Origin: Eledone cirrhosa
Taxonomy: Eukaryota
DNA: 64,000 nucleotides
Direction: 5' to 3'
NCBI GenBank assembly: GCA_964016885.1
Contig: OZ024745.1
Location: forward strand, 41,106,001-41,170,000
Shown here: positions 14,309-27,409 of the stretch, one piece after another
Layout: the number at the start of each line of letters is the position of its first letter
Position numbering within the stretch: the stretch's first letter is position 1
The notes under the pieces: generated by a model
Told to the model about the DNA's origin: nothing
What the model saw: only the letters and a program-made list of their open reading frames with translations
Database searches by the model: none
Translations under genes and position numbers: made by a program

Positions 14309-16157
14309 GTGTGTGTGTGTGTCTCTGTGTCTGTGTGTGTGTGCGTGTGTGCGTGTGTGTGTGTGAATGTGTGTGTGTGTATGGTTATATGTATACATGG
14401 TTGTATATATATGGTTATATATATATATACATATGGTTATACGTTCACACACATAAACGTATCTATTATATTGGTATGTCCTTTTGTTCTTGTCATTCTA
14501 TATGTTTCATTGTATGTATGGGTGCGAGGCAGATGGAAGAGGGTATTTTATTTTTCTATTTATACGTCACTGTACGTTGAAGAAGACTTCTATATTGGCT
14601 TGGCGTCAAAGTTATATCACCTAATGAGTTTTGTATTGGAGACGAATATATAATTAAATGTTATTGAAGGGGAATGGGAAAACTATGTCATTTGGTAGTA
14701 ATATGATAGACAATATAGTATGGTAGTTATGAAGCTGGAGTCGTTTGGGGATGAATGAAAGATTGGCTTTCCGTGGGAGAAACTGATAGATGAGATGGAA
14801 GTAATATGGCTGAAATTATAACTTGATATTTCATGTTGGAATATCTTTTGTTAAAAAAATATTTTCTTTATATTACTATTATTTTATGTTGGTCTTATGC
14901 TCTTAATTGATCCTACGAGCAAATATTTCAATTAGTGATAAGGAAAAAAATAAAATGTGTACATACATGAAATGAATGATATATCAGGTGTTGTTCCCAT
15001 ATTGTTACTATCTATGATTTTGTTATAATTGTTTTAATTGTTGCCAGCCAGTTACTTATCCTGTCTTTCTTTAAAATGTAATAGTCTTATTATGGTATGT
15101 AGTGTATTTTTAGGATTGCGTTCAGACCTGCCAAAGGACATTCAGATATTGTACTTGAATCTACCACCATTATTAATGCGTGCCAAGTTTAACTTTGCCC
15201 TTTAACGGGGTCGATAAAATAAAGTACCTGTAATGCACTGAGTAATTGCTGGCCTTGTGCCTAACGTAGAAACAATTATTGATACGTGCTGTTTATCTTC
15301 TGATCAGTCATAATAGAAATGTAATCTCACGTTCCAATAAGATCTTCCATATTTTTATTTTTAATCGGATATATCGTTTATGTAGAAACAGCATTTCTGA
15401 ACTTTACAATTTATGTCCCTCTCTTATAAATATCAGTTTGCATCGAACTTTCTTATGCGGCGAAGGATTCTTTCATGAGTCACCGGAAAAGTAATGGTAA
15501 CAATGTTTTGCTGTACAATGTTTTGCTGTACAAAGAAAGAAATCAAATTGAACAGATTTTTACATGCATAACGAAAACTTGAGTGAGAGAGAGAGAGACA
15601 AAATGAGATTGAGAAAGAAAGCAGTGAGAAATGATGAGAGAGTGTGCAAGTTTACTTGATGTGTGAAATAAAACAAAAGCTTGACAAATTTGTATTAATA
15701 TCCATGGTGGATTACAGTTCTGCATAGTCATGAAATCATGAGAAATATTTCAACAACATCATATGTACGTCAATATATTAAAATATGCACAGCAACATAT
15801 GAACAACACCAGGGATCGCAAAATCATTATCATTGCAGACAAAAGCCCAGCTTCAGAATATGAACGCTAGCTAATACAATATATCTATCACTGATGAGGA
15901 TGCAACCACAATGAGGTGATATGTGTTACGAAAACGAAGTGGACACTTGGGGAGGAATATTCACTCAGATACTGCTTCACCTTCTGGAATAGTAACAATA
16001 GATATATTTTTCAGCTACGGCACATCACCCCATGAAGACGAAAGAAATCTAATTCTACACCTATCATTTCATGTTGCGAGATTCAACCAAATTCAGCGAT
16101 TCAAAGAAGTAACAACCTATTTGTGATAGACATCTATATCAAAATAGAAATTTATAT

Positions 16158-18593
16158 ATATTATTCAAAATATTAAAAAATGGAGACATTCACGTAATCA
16201 AAATATATGTTTTATTATATATATTTCGGAGGTACTGTGCTGTTTTTTTCAGATAAAATACATAAATTGATGTATGACATACCTCAACTGTGCTGATGGT
16301 TCAATTCCAGTCTTGGCAGTCATTTACTACAACATAACTCAATATTTATATACCACAAGTAATAGTGTGACAAACTAAATATGATGGAGAGGGATAAGTA
16401 GCGAAATATAAGTATTAGGAGTGGGTGAGTAGGAGAAAGTAATAAATAAATAAATAAACACATAAGTATATAAATGTTAAACATTTAAATATTTAAATAT
16501 GTAAATATCCGTGTTAGAGAAAAAGACAAAAGAGAGAGAGAGTGCTAAATAGAAGAGAAAAGGGAAAAAGATAAAAAGATGAAGATAAAAAGAAGGGATA
16601 GGGAGATAGAGATGTTAGAATATATAACTGCATAAGGAAAAGAAAAAAAAAGAAAGAAAGAAGAAAGGGACATGATGCGTGACCGTTTTTTTTTTTCAAA
16701 TATTAAGTCAGGTAGAAGCAATCAATTAAATACCGTGAAATTTTAATCTATTGTATTTGGTTATATTTGAGGAAATTATACTATTATATTATATCAAAAT
16801 TAAACAATATAAAATATTTTCATAGTTAAATTAATAAATATATTCAATATTTAGTTACAAAATTCAAAGTCTGAAACATTATTAAGTACCAATGATGTTT
16901 ACAAATATAAATAAGTATGAGAGTATTTATCATAACTTAATTGCATATCAGCATATGTATATGCATTTTATATAATGTTTAGACTTATGAATATTATAAA
17001 CAATACTATTTAAATCAATAGTTGTCAATTACATATAGGATTAATTATTAGTTATATTTACTCTTGAAAGTATTATTATTTCGATTCAACCAAATCTTAC
17101 TGTATTCAATACTATAGATTAAGTTAAATACAGATTATTAATCAATTTGGATAAAACGAAAATTATACACGATAAAAGTAAACAAATGAGCTCTGTATAA
17201 CATATCTAAACGTTTAAATTAACTAAAAGGTTTGAAAGCCTGAAGGTATTTCAGATCTCAAATTTAGAAAATTCAAGACATAAAATGAGGATTCTAAAAC
17301 AAAACTAAAGGTATTTAGTCAATCAAGAGATTAACTTACTATATAAAAGAACCGATATGCATTTCCTAAGGTGAGGTAAAACATTTTACATAATACTAAT
17401 AAAAACAAGAATTATTAATAAAAGTCAATATATTTTCTCACTCAGGCAATTTTTTTTCCTAAATTTATATGATGCTTGAAATGTTTTTGTAGATTTATGG
17501 AGGCAATTTGAAAATAACTCACTTTTTTTATTAATTAAATTACCATAATTAGCAATTATTAATAGAGTCTCTAAATTGGAAAGATTTCAGTTTGGTGAAA
17601 TGGAATCGTTCCGATAGGATTCAGAGTTTCTAAGCTTAACCCAAGAAATTGAGTATTTCCTATTTTTCTCTTTTAAAGACCATATTAATTGTGATAATGA
17701 AGTAGAAAATGTTTCATCTGGATTAGAAAAAGAATGTTTATGATTGGAAAAGCGAAGTTTAAAGTTCGATGAAGTTGCACGTATGTAGTTATAAGTAATA
17801 TTATTATTTGTTTTAATGGTACATTTATATACTAAATTCTTATCAAGGCAGTTATTTTGTAAAGGGCATTCGGATTTCCTTCTACAGTTACAGTTCAATT
17901 TCATGCTATTTCTATAATCTAAACTGTTTATATTATCATTGTTAATATTTGTAGGTGTTCTACAATATGTGTTTAAATTATTGTTATTGTTATTCTGAAT
18001 AACTATTGTATTATTATTATTACTATTGTTATTATCGCTAATTATATGTTGGTTTGAATTAATTCTTTTTATCTTCATCTTTTTATCTTTTTTATCTTTT
18101 CTCTTCTATTTAGCACTCTCTCTCTCTCTTGTCTTTTTCTCTAACACGGATATTTACATATTTAAATATTTAAATATTTAACTTACGAGTTTAATATATA
18201 CTTACGAGTTTATTTATTCATTTATTCAATACTTTCTCCTACTCACCCGCTCCTAACACTTATACCTCGCTACTTATCCCACTCCTTACTTGTGGTATAA
18301 GAATATTGAGTTTCGTTGTAATAAATGACAGCCAAGATGGAATTGAACCATCAGCACAATTGAAGTATGTCATACATCAATTTATGTATTTTATCTGATG
18401 AGGACGTACTGAAGAAACAGCACAGTACCTCCGAAATATATATAATAAAATATATTTTGATTACGTGAATGTCTCCATTTATTAATATTTTGAATAATAT
18501 TAATAACTCCAGAAAATTTCTTTGTTGAGTGCTTTTAATCTATTGTAAAACTATATTAATTGAATAATCAATGAACCTTGCTTAACATTTGGT
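16158..18593 (-). mobile_element. 5'-truncated Naiad-like PLE (GIY-YIG part, 3' UTR, pLTR) with an inverted pLTR at its 5' end
   Basis: ORF 17587-18078: CNCRRKSECPLQNNCL..LVYKC..YIRATSSNFKLRFSNHKHSF. 16158-16592 is the reverse complement of 18063-18500. Hammerhead in the pLTR. Confidence 0.85.
18387..18452 (+). ncRNA. Hammerhead ribozyme in the PLE pLTR
   Basis: TTTTAT-CTGATGA-GGACGTACTG..CAGTACCTCC-GAAA-TATA-TA-TAATAAAA. Confidence 0.75.
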
Positions 18594-18680
<87 letters not shown>

Positions 18681-18744
18681 CATATATATTCCATATATCT
18701 ATTCCCATATATGTATCCACCATCAGTGTGTGATTGTATATATG

Positions 18745-20855
18745 GACGACAGAGAACCTTAATAAGCGCATACACAGGTTCTTCAAATCCTACGGCTTCT
18801 CCGTAACTATAGACCTCAACCACCAGATAGTCAACTTCCTAGACGTGTCCCTGGATTTGGGTACGGGCCTGTACAAACCATATCATAAGCCCGGTGAGGT
18901 TCTATCATATATAAATTATGCATCAAACCACCCTAAGTCTACTCTCAACTCCATAGTATATAGCATATCCCATAGGATCTTGAGGCTATCCGCCAATGAG
19001 GACATCTTCAACCAAGCAGCTGACTACTACAATAAGGCCTTGGTGGACGCGGGTTATAACAGAAGAATCTCCTACCTCGTTAACGCTAATTCTAGAACCC
19101 CCCCCCCCATCACCACCACCACCACCATTATAGGACTAATGTTATAGCGAGCCATACCTAAAACCAACTACGCAGCGGTCAAGATAGAGTCAATAATTAT
19201 AGAATAGAGAATCGCACTAAGAAACACGGCCGTCGCGATAACTACATAGGTGGAGGTATAGACGGACTACGGCAAACCAAGGGTCAAGATACGGGTAACG
19301 GTAGCCGCTGCAGCCTACTAGAACTATTCCCTGCCTATAGGATTAACAATAGTGATGGCCTTTTACCTACACCCTCCAACCGGCAACGTAACGCAAGGAA
19401 AGCTAGTACACCCGAACATAAAGTGAAGAGGATGCGCAATAGGCAGCAGCACAGTAGCAACAATAAGAACGGTAACCTAGCCAACACAACCAGTAATAAG
19501 CCCACGGCTACGCGTATCCGCCAACGTAATATCCCATGGGTCCATCCTCCCTGTTCTTGGAGTGTGGCCTCTGATATAGCTAAAATATTCTTCGAAGCCT
19601 TAAAGAAGAACGTCCCACCTAACCATAAGTACAGAAAAATCCTCAACAAGAACAACGGTAAAATATCCTTCTCCACAATACCTAATCTAGCCGACATCAT
19701 AGGGACAACTAACTACAGTAAACTCACCAATACACGGCACCATAGCAGCGATAATTCTAGACATTACAGCAACTCTCATAACGTTTCCCTAGCAACACTC
19801 GACAATGTTGGCGGGAGCTCCAACTGACGCAACCGCCAAAACGGTGGTGAGACCGAGGAGCACACTAGCAACCCGTACGGGACGACAGGCTGCAATAGAA
19901 GGTGCTAAGGCATGCGAAGTAATAATTGTACTACCCCGCGTACCCTCGGATATAATAGTACTAACTACAGAGATAGCGGCGGCTGTATGGATGATAACGT
20001 CGGTAATAATAGTAATAGTCTTACTTCGGGTACTAGAAGTCACCGCAGCAGCAGCGACCGCGGCGGACACTGCAACTGTCGTGACTCGAGAAGCTGTCCG
20101 CTCAAAGGAAGCTGCCTAACTGACAATGTTATCTACAGGTGCACTGTAACTAGCCATAATAGTGTCAAATATTATATAGGGGCCCCCTCTGGCTCGTTCT
20201 AAACTAGATTTTTCGCACGCATCTCCACTCTTTTAGAAACAGGAAGCTAAGGTACTCCACATCACTCACCAACTACATCACAAAATTGAACGACTCCAAC
20301 ATCAGCTTCTCTACTTACTGGGAAATTGTCAGCAGGGCAACACTTTACAACTTTAAGAAAAAGTGCCAGCTCCGTCTCATGGAACTATACCATATCGTAC
20401 GAGCACCCCTGGATCTCATCAACGGCAGAGCCGAATCTGTGATAAACTGCGGACACAGAATAAAGCAGTCATTCTATGGTTGGACACCGGTTGATATTCG
20501 AACACCATAAAAACAGGGGCCCCTGCACCAAGCCATAACAAGCCGAAGGATGGGGTGCATAGGTAAACATCTGTACAATCACTCCGGAAGGTAATACCCA
20601 CACATCAATTATGCTTCTTAGATCTGGCCTGACTAAGCAGTTGTAAATTGACACCTATGAACTAGAAGTAAAGAATAATCTTGTGAATGGATGATAAGTC
20701 CTTTAGGGACACATATCAATAACAATAACTGTATTGAACACTTTCTTGCATTATATGCCCTTGAGAAGCCCTTTTCGGGCGAAACATACATAGGAGCTTA
20801 TCTCGTAAACATGTTCTAACAGTCTGTTTTCTCTTTCGTAATATTTTCATTTATA
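18745..20855 (+). mobile_element. 5'-truncated Naiad-like PLE (RT C-terminus/thumb, linker, GIY-YIG, 3' pLTR), GC-richer family
   Basis: VNFLDVSLDL..YKPYHKP..YINYASNHPK; IPWVHPP; CNCRDSRSCPLKGSCL..VIYRCTVT..YYIG; LINGRAE...CGH; hammerhead variant at 20757-20797. Confidence 0.88.
20757..20797 (+). ncRNA. Hammerhead variant with U3-A8 core (inverted copy at about 20922-20962)
   Basis: TTGAGAA-GCCC(TTTTC)GGGC-GAAA-CATACA-TA; the inverted copy has palindromic CGTACG in stem III. Stem I is weak. Confidence 0.6.
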
Positions 20856-21033
20856 TATATATATATAAATGAAAATATTACGAAAGCGAATACAGACTGT
20901 TAGAACATGTTTATGAGATAAGCTTCTACGTACGTTTCGCCCGAAAAGGGCTTCTCAAGGGCATATAATGCAAGAAAGTGTTCAATACCGAACCCATAAG
21001 GGGTTTTAAAATGATAACAACAAACGATATATA

Positions 21034-21087
21034 CATTCTGATGACTGAAAGCAAAGTTGTTTGCTTTCAAGAAACCACTGGTAAATG
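21034..21087 (+). ncRNA. Hammerhead ribozyme, family with ACC-NCT-GGT stem III
   Basis: CATT-CTGATGA-C-TGAAAGCA..TGCTTTCA-A-GAAA-CCACTGG-TA-AATG. Confidence 0.75.
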
Positions 21088-21182
21088 AAATAATTATCTT
21101 ATGTTGTTTATTACATAACTAATAAGCTCTGTAACCTACATAGAGCACTCTTTTTTCCTGGACCTTTCCGACGGAAATACTT

Positions 21183-21643
<461 letters not shown>

Positions 21644-23229
21644 AAATATCTCAGTTACAAACGGCGGACAACAGAAGCCACGTACCGTTCCTCTCTGACA
21701 GATAACTTTCTCCCTCGGAAAACCCCCAGTTTATGGATGCGAAATCCGAAATATAGGGACAATTAAATCTCGTGTTATTATTTTTATTTTTTACGCTCTT
21801 TCTTACGTTCCTCTACACCCTATACATCACATTCTACATTTCCTCTCACATCTCTCCCTTCACCACCGGATTCTGTTACCCGGAGATTTTCCCATCTGCA
21901 TTGTTGGAGCTTCCAAAACGTCCACAATGTTTCATATATATATATATATACAATCACACACGGATTGCAGATAAATATATGGAAATAGATATATGGAATG
22001 TTCACTACTACCGAGATAGCTGTGACATGTTCACGGCTTTTTAAAGAATTCATAGCATATACACCCCTATGCTATACATGTCAGCGAAATAAGGGTAAAC
22101 GAATGCAACAAATCCCTACCAGCCAAGATCCACCACACAAAACACAATTTCCCAACTACAAAATCACAAGGCTTATCACAATTAATTAATCACCTAAATT
22201 TAAAGCATTTAACATTATATCATACATATACTAGTAAACTAAACCACGAAGGAAAACTACATAAAACATTAATACCGACAATATATTGTACCATATAAAA
22301 TAAAACACATTACACCTATATTATACATACTTTAGAAAGGAAATGCATTGCCATTCATACTCAATTAAAACATATATCATCTCTACACCACTCTACAAAC
22401 GTATATCATCTCTACACCAACTGCTGCTATCAAGAGGTGTCTTAATCCATACAATATCAGAGGCTTGATACTCTAATGTATATATTTTTTCTTACTAACA
22501 ATGCCACCCCAAAACAAAATAAAACTAAACTAGAAACCGGCAAAACGTAACAATTACGCAATAAAATAACAATGAACACCAGCAATATCAGCCAGCATAT
22601 ATTTCATATCTAATCAAACAAACCTCATAATCAAGACGTAAATTCCCTCCATATTTAAACACCTCCCAGGAAGACAATCACGTAATAAATCTTAATTAAA
22701 ATCAACGCACTAAGATGCAATAAACTTCAATATATGGTCTCCGTCCAGGTGGGTGTGTGTATATATTTATCTAAGTGGGCATGTATCTATATATGTATGC
22801 ATTCGATCGCACAAACATATATACACACACAGGTGTGTGTACTTGTGTGTACGTGTGTGTAGTTAGATAGTAAATGATCTTAACGTGTAAATCAAAATTC
22901 GTAGCCATTTGTGCGTTTATATATATATAGTAATAATAATACATTTGAAGACTAAAATTCAAAGAGGGCTCGATAAGGATAAATATATATCAGATATATA
23001 AGAACCGTAGAGTAAATATTTATTAAAATAACAGATTAAAGTTTAAGCAAATAATCCCTGCTTTGACTCTTAACGGGATCTTTTGAAACTAAAACGGTCT
23101 TCCTGTCTTCCTTCGGTTGCAACGTTTTTTGAAATATTAACTTCTGCGTTCACAGATTGACATTTTTAGTTTCAGAAGATCCCGTTAAGGGTGAAAGCAG
23201 CGATTCTTTGCTTAAACTTTAATCTGTTA

Positions 23230-23286
<57 letters not shown>

Positions 23287-23370
23287 AAAAGGTAAACAGA
23301 AAAGGTAAACAATCGGTACAGTATATGGAAGGTATATATTAGGTTAACGCTTGATATAGCTGGAAGAACG

Positions 23371-23406
23371 TCTTAACGTTTCAGACGCTAGTCTTTCATC
23401 GGAAGA
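23371..23406 (-). ncRNA. Minimal PLE-type hammerhead (CCGATGA variant) in a pLTR fragment starting near 23283
   Basis: Minus strand: TCTT-CCGATGA-A-AGAC(TAGC)GTCT-GAAA-CG-TT-AAGA. The downstream tail matches 42618-42690 (+). Confidence 0.7.
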
Positions 23407-23821
23407 AAGAGTGAGAAATAATGAGAAACGAAATAGATTAAGCGGAGGGGCGGGATGGAATTGGAAAAAATGTCTTTAGATAAAAATAACAGGTCCATTC
23501 ATGTTGACATCCCTTGCAAAACTGTTGGTGCTGGCGTTTTGTGTATGATTTGTTTTTTAGAAAACTGGATGATGGAGCGCGTCTACCTGAAATGGGAAAT
23601 GTAAAAAGAGCTGTACTTGAGCACGTGCGTAAGCATGTGTTTGTGTGTGTGTGTGTGTGTGCATGTGTGTATGTGTGTATTATTATAGCTCCGTACGAAG
23701 CTCAGAAGAAATGTGTGTGTATATGTCAGTAAAAGAGTGTGTGTGCATGTATGTACGAAGCTATGAGCAAAAGTATGTTAATATAAGTGTGTGTATCTAT
23801 ATATATATATATATATTATTA

Positions 23822-24335
23822 CTGTTTCTACTTTAGGCACAAGGCCAGATATTTGAACTGGGGGGGAAAGACGATTAAATTAACTCCAATGTATTACTGG
23901 TACTTTATTTTATCGACCCCGTAAGGATGAAAGGCAAAGCAAACCTCGACGAGATTTGAACTCAGAACGTAAAGGCTCGTACCTCAATGCTGCCAAACAT
24001 GTTGTACGACGCTCTACCGATACTGCCATACGGCTGCAACATATGTATCTACATTGGAGAAACAGTATCCTCAATGTGAATAATTTAGGGAGTTCCTGTT
24101 GTTTTAAGCCGAGTGGTTTGTTGGCCATTGGCAGTATAGGGACATGATGTTCATAAATAATTGTTTCTACTTTAGGCACAAGGCCAGCAAATTACCCAGT
24201 GCATTACTGGTACTTTATTTTATCGACCCCGTAAGGATGAAAGGGAAAGTCAACCTCGGCGGGATTTGAACTCAGATCATAAAGGGACGTAACTATGCTG
24301 GAAAGCATGGCGTCCGACCCTCTACCGATACTGCA
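23822..24335 (-). mobile_element. Two tRNA-derived SINEs (23822-24030, 24160-24335)
   Basis: Same unit, reverse complement, twice. Confidence 0.8.
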
Positions 24336-26851
24336 TGTTCATAAATAATGGATCGTATTCACATTTTTGTTGATGAAAAGTTTTAATTGTATTCATGTGA
24401 GGTTTATAAATGAACTCGTAGTACATATGGCGGGTATGTTTCAAAGATAATTATATATATCATATTTAAAATAGAAGCGATATATAAATAATTATATAAG
24501 TGAAGACGCTACATTTACATTATTCTGAATTACGAAATTTAAATATATTTCTTAATCTGTTTGTATACTTCTACATACAGAGAGCAAAACTATTCAATCA
24601 TTCGTTTTAGTTTAAATTTATGTGTACGGTAAATACAATTATTTATGAGTTTAGTTCACAAAGTAAATTATACTAGTAAATAAGTATGTTCACTGCATAA
24701 GGAATATAACCAAGCAAATTAATCATAATAATGTTCTGACGTGTTTTTATGTACTACAAGTTTCTATTATTTATGCGTATGATTTTAAGAACGCAACTGC
24801 AAATTCTAATAATAACGGTTGTAAGAAGATTTTGCTTAACTGCTATTATTTGTGTGTTGCATTAAGTTCATGAAATTAAATTCTATAAATACTTAATTTA
24901 ATTCTATAAAATCAGAGATAAATCAAAGTAAGAGAGAATATGGTAAGACACCTGACTACTGGATAACTTATCTAACTAAAAGGGTAGCTATAAAAAGGGG
25001 GATTTAATGAAGAAATAACATAAAAAGTATACAGGTAATGTAGAATGTTTAAAATAAAACATCACAGGATTTAATATTGCAATAAAGTATTTAAAATGAA
25101 AATTAATTAACCATAATGTTGATCGATAAATTAATGGGATTCTTAATTTTCTCTGCTAGAAATATTGTAAGTTTATTTATAGTTAGAAATTGTCATTGCT
25201 AGTTGTTGGAAGATAATGTTAAATCCGAAAGGATTTGCTTTGCTTAGAGTATGATATAAAAAACTAAGATTGTGATTCAGATTACCAAATTAATTATCCA
25301 TTGGGTTGTTGATATTTTTGACTTTGTTTTTTTTTTTATATTTTGTTTTTGTTTCCTTTTTTGTTGTTTTGTGAACGGGATATTGAATTTTATAAGTACA
25401 TTATTAGGGTACAAAGGAAACCAAAATATGTTTAATGTCAAGCGATTATTAAAATGTCCAAATCATAAGAAATATTGTTTTAGGGAACCTGATTTGATAT
25501 TAGAAGTAGATATGTTATTACACTGTAAGAGATCATTTCTAATGATAATGTAGGGGTGGCGACTTGACAGAATCGCTAGAGCGTCGCACAAATGCTTAGC
25601 AGTATTTGTTCTGGTTTTTCTATATTCTGAGGCTTTCTTATTTCCGGGGTCGATAAAATAAAGTATCAGTCAAGCACTAGGGCCAATATACTCGACTTTC
25701 TACTTCTACTCCAAAAGGCTGCCCATTGTACCGAAATTAAAATCGTTGTAATATGTGTATAAGAACAGAAATACACAAATCTTTTCTAATAATAATTATT
25801 ATTTACGTCTATATACATGCATTCAGAATACGAGTAAATAAGATTGTTGAGAAGCTTTCTTTATGTAGAGACTTTGTTTGAATATTGAAAGACGGATATA
25901 AGTCTACATATTTTGCTGGTTTAATGTAGTCATCAGCATATGTTCTTTAACAAGATCAATGCTATATTTGCAAGATAAATGCTGTTTAATTTGCTAATGA
26001 ATAAAGTCAATTTTTCTAGGAAATGAGTATCTTTAAATGCATGAGGATAATGACCAAGTGTTTTAATCATATTAATTCTTATCTTTACAGAAATTGATTT
26101 CATAAGTTTCTATTAATTTTCCTTATGTTATTAGGCACTCAAACGTAAATTCCAATACTAAATAATATTCGTAATGTAATTTTACTTAACTGCTATTCTT
26201 CATGTGTGTTGTATTATGAACAGGAAATTAAATTGTACAAAACTATTAATCAAATTCTATAAAATAACATATATATCACGAGAAGTGAGAACGCGTTATC
26301 AAACCTAAAATTCTGCATACAACATCTAATTTAGTGACCTAAGATGGGAGCTGTGATGAGCCAGTAAGGGAATCGTTATTTGATATAAATAAATACGAAT
26401 GGTATGAAATATTTCTTGGGTGTTTAGAGTTTGAGGGAAGGGATATATGTCTGCATAGTTTGTGGTTTTAATCTAGTTTCACCATGTGTTCTCTAGCAAA
26501 GACCCACTCAGGGAAAACGATATTTGTAGACCAATATTTGGGGGAAAGACTAGAGGTGAGAAGAACGAAGGAATTTAGTAACTGGTTAGACAATCTAGTT
26601 GTAGTCTTAATTGGTTATATTTTCAGTTCTTATAGAAACACTATATTACAAAATATATGATTATATTTGCATTTAGTACAGAACAAAATCGTTGTTCAGT
26701 ATTATAATATATTATTATATTATATATTGGGGAAAATTAGTATAAAATAAAATATCTACCAGAAGTTAAAAACAATTAATTATAAAGAGTAACGTAATAA
26801 ATGATAAAGATAAAAGCGTGAATAAAAATAGGTGTATAGGTACGGATATAA

Positions 26852-26916
<65 letters not shown>

Positions 26917-26952
26917 GTAGCCCGATGATGAACCACGCTATTCTAGTGCCCA

Positions 26953-26988
<36 letters not shown>

Positions 26989-27286
26989 CCTCGCAAGGAC
27001 TCTATATCTTTGATATATTGTTTTTGTTTATGCCACGAAACTACGTAGTCGAGGAATTTAGGAACAGTTTAGGTATGATACATTTTATTACTAATTATAT
27101 CTAAATGTTTCTTCTCTCTTCATAATGTATTTTTAACTCTGATACTGGTTCAGTCTAGTTCAAACTGAATTGGTCTGTCCCAGTCATTCATTGAGCAACA
27201 TCGGTGAAGTTGGCACCCTTAACTCACAGTTGGGTGCGGATGCACTCATGTATATATGTGTGTGTCCGCGTGTATCTGTGTGTTTC

Positions 27287-27324
<38 letters not shown>

Positions 27325-27409
27325 CGTGTGTGTGTGTGTTTATCCAAATTAATGTGTATATACATAAATATAAATGTATAAAAGAATTGAATATCTATAG
27401 AGAGTAGCC

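Noticed and set aside
15888-15942. CTGATGA...GAAA hammerhead candidate (similar case at 47050-47086)
   Set aside because: Stems are poor and there is no clear cleavage triplet or second copy.
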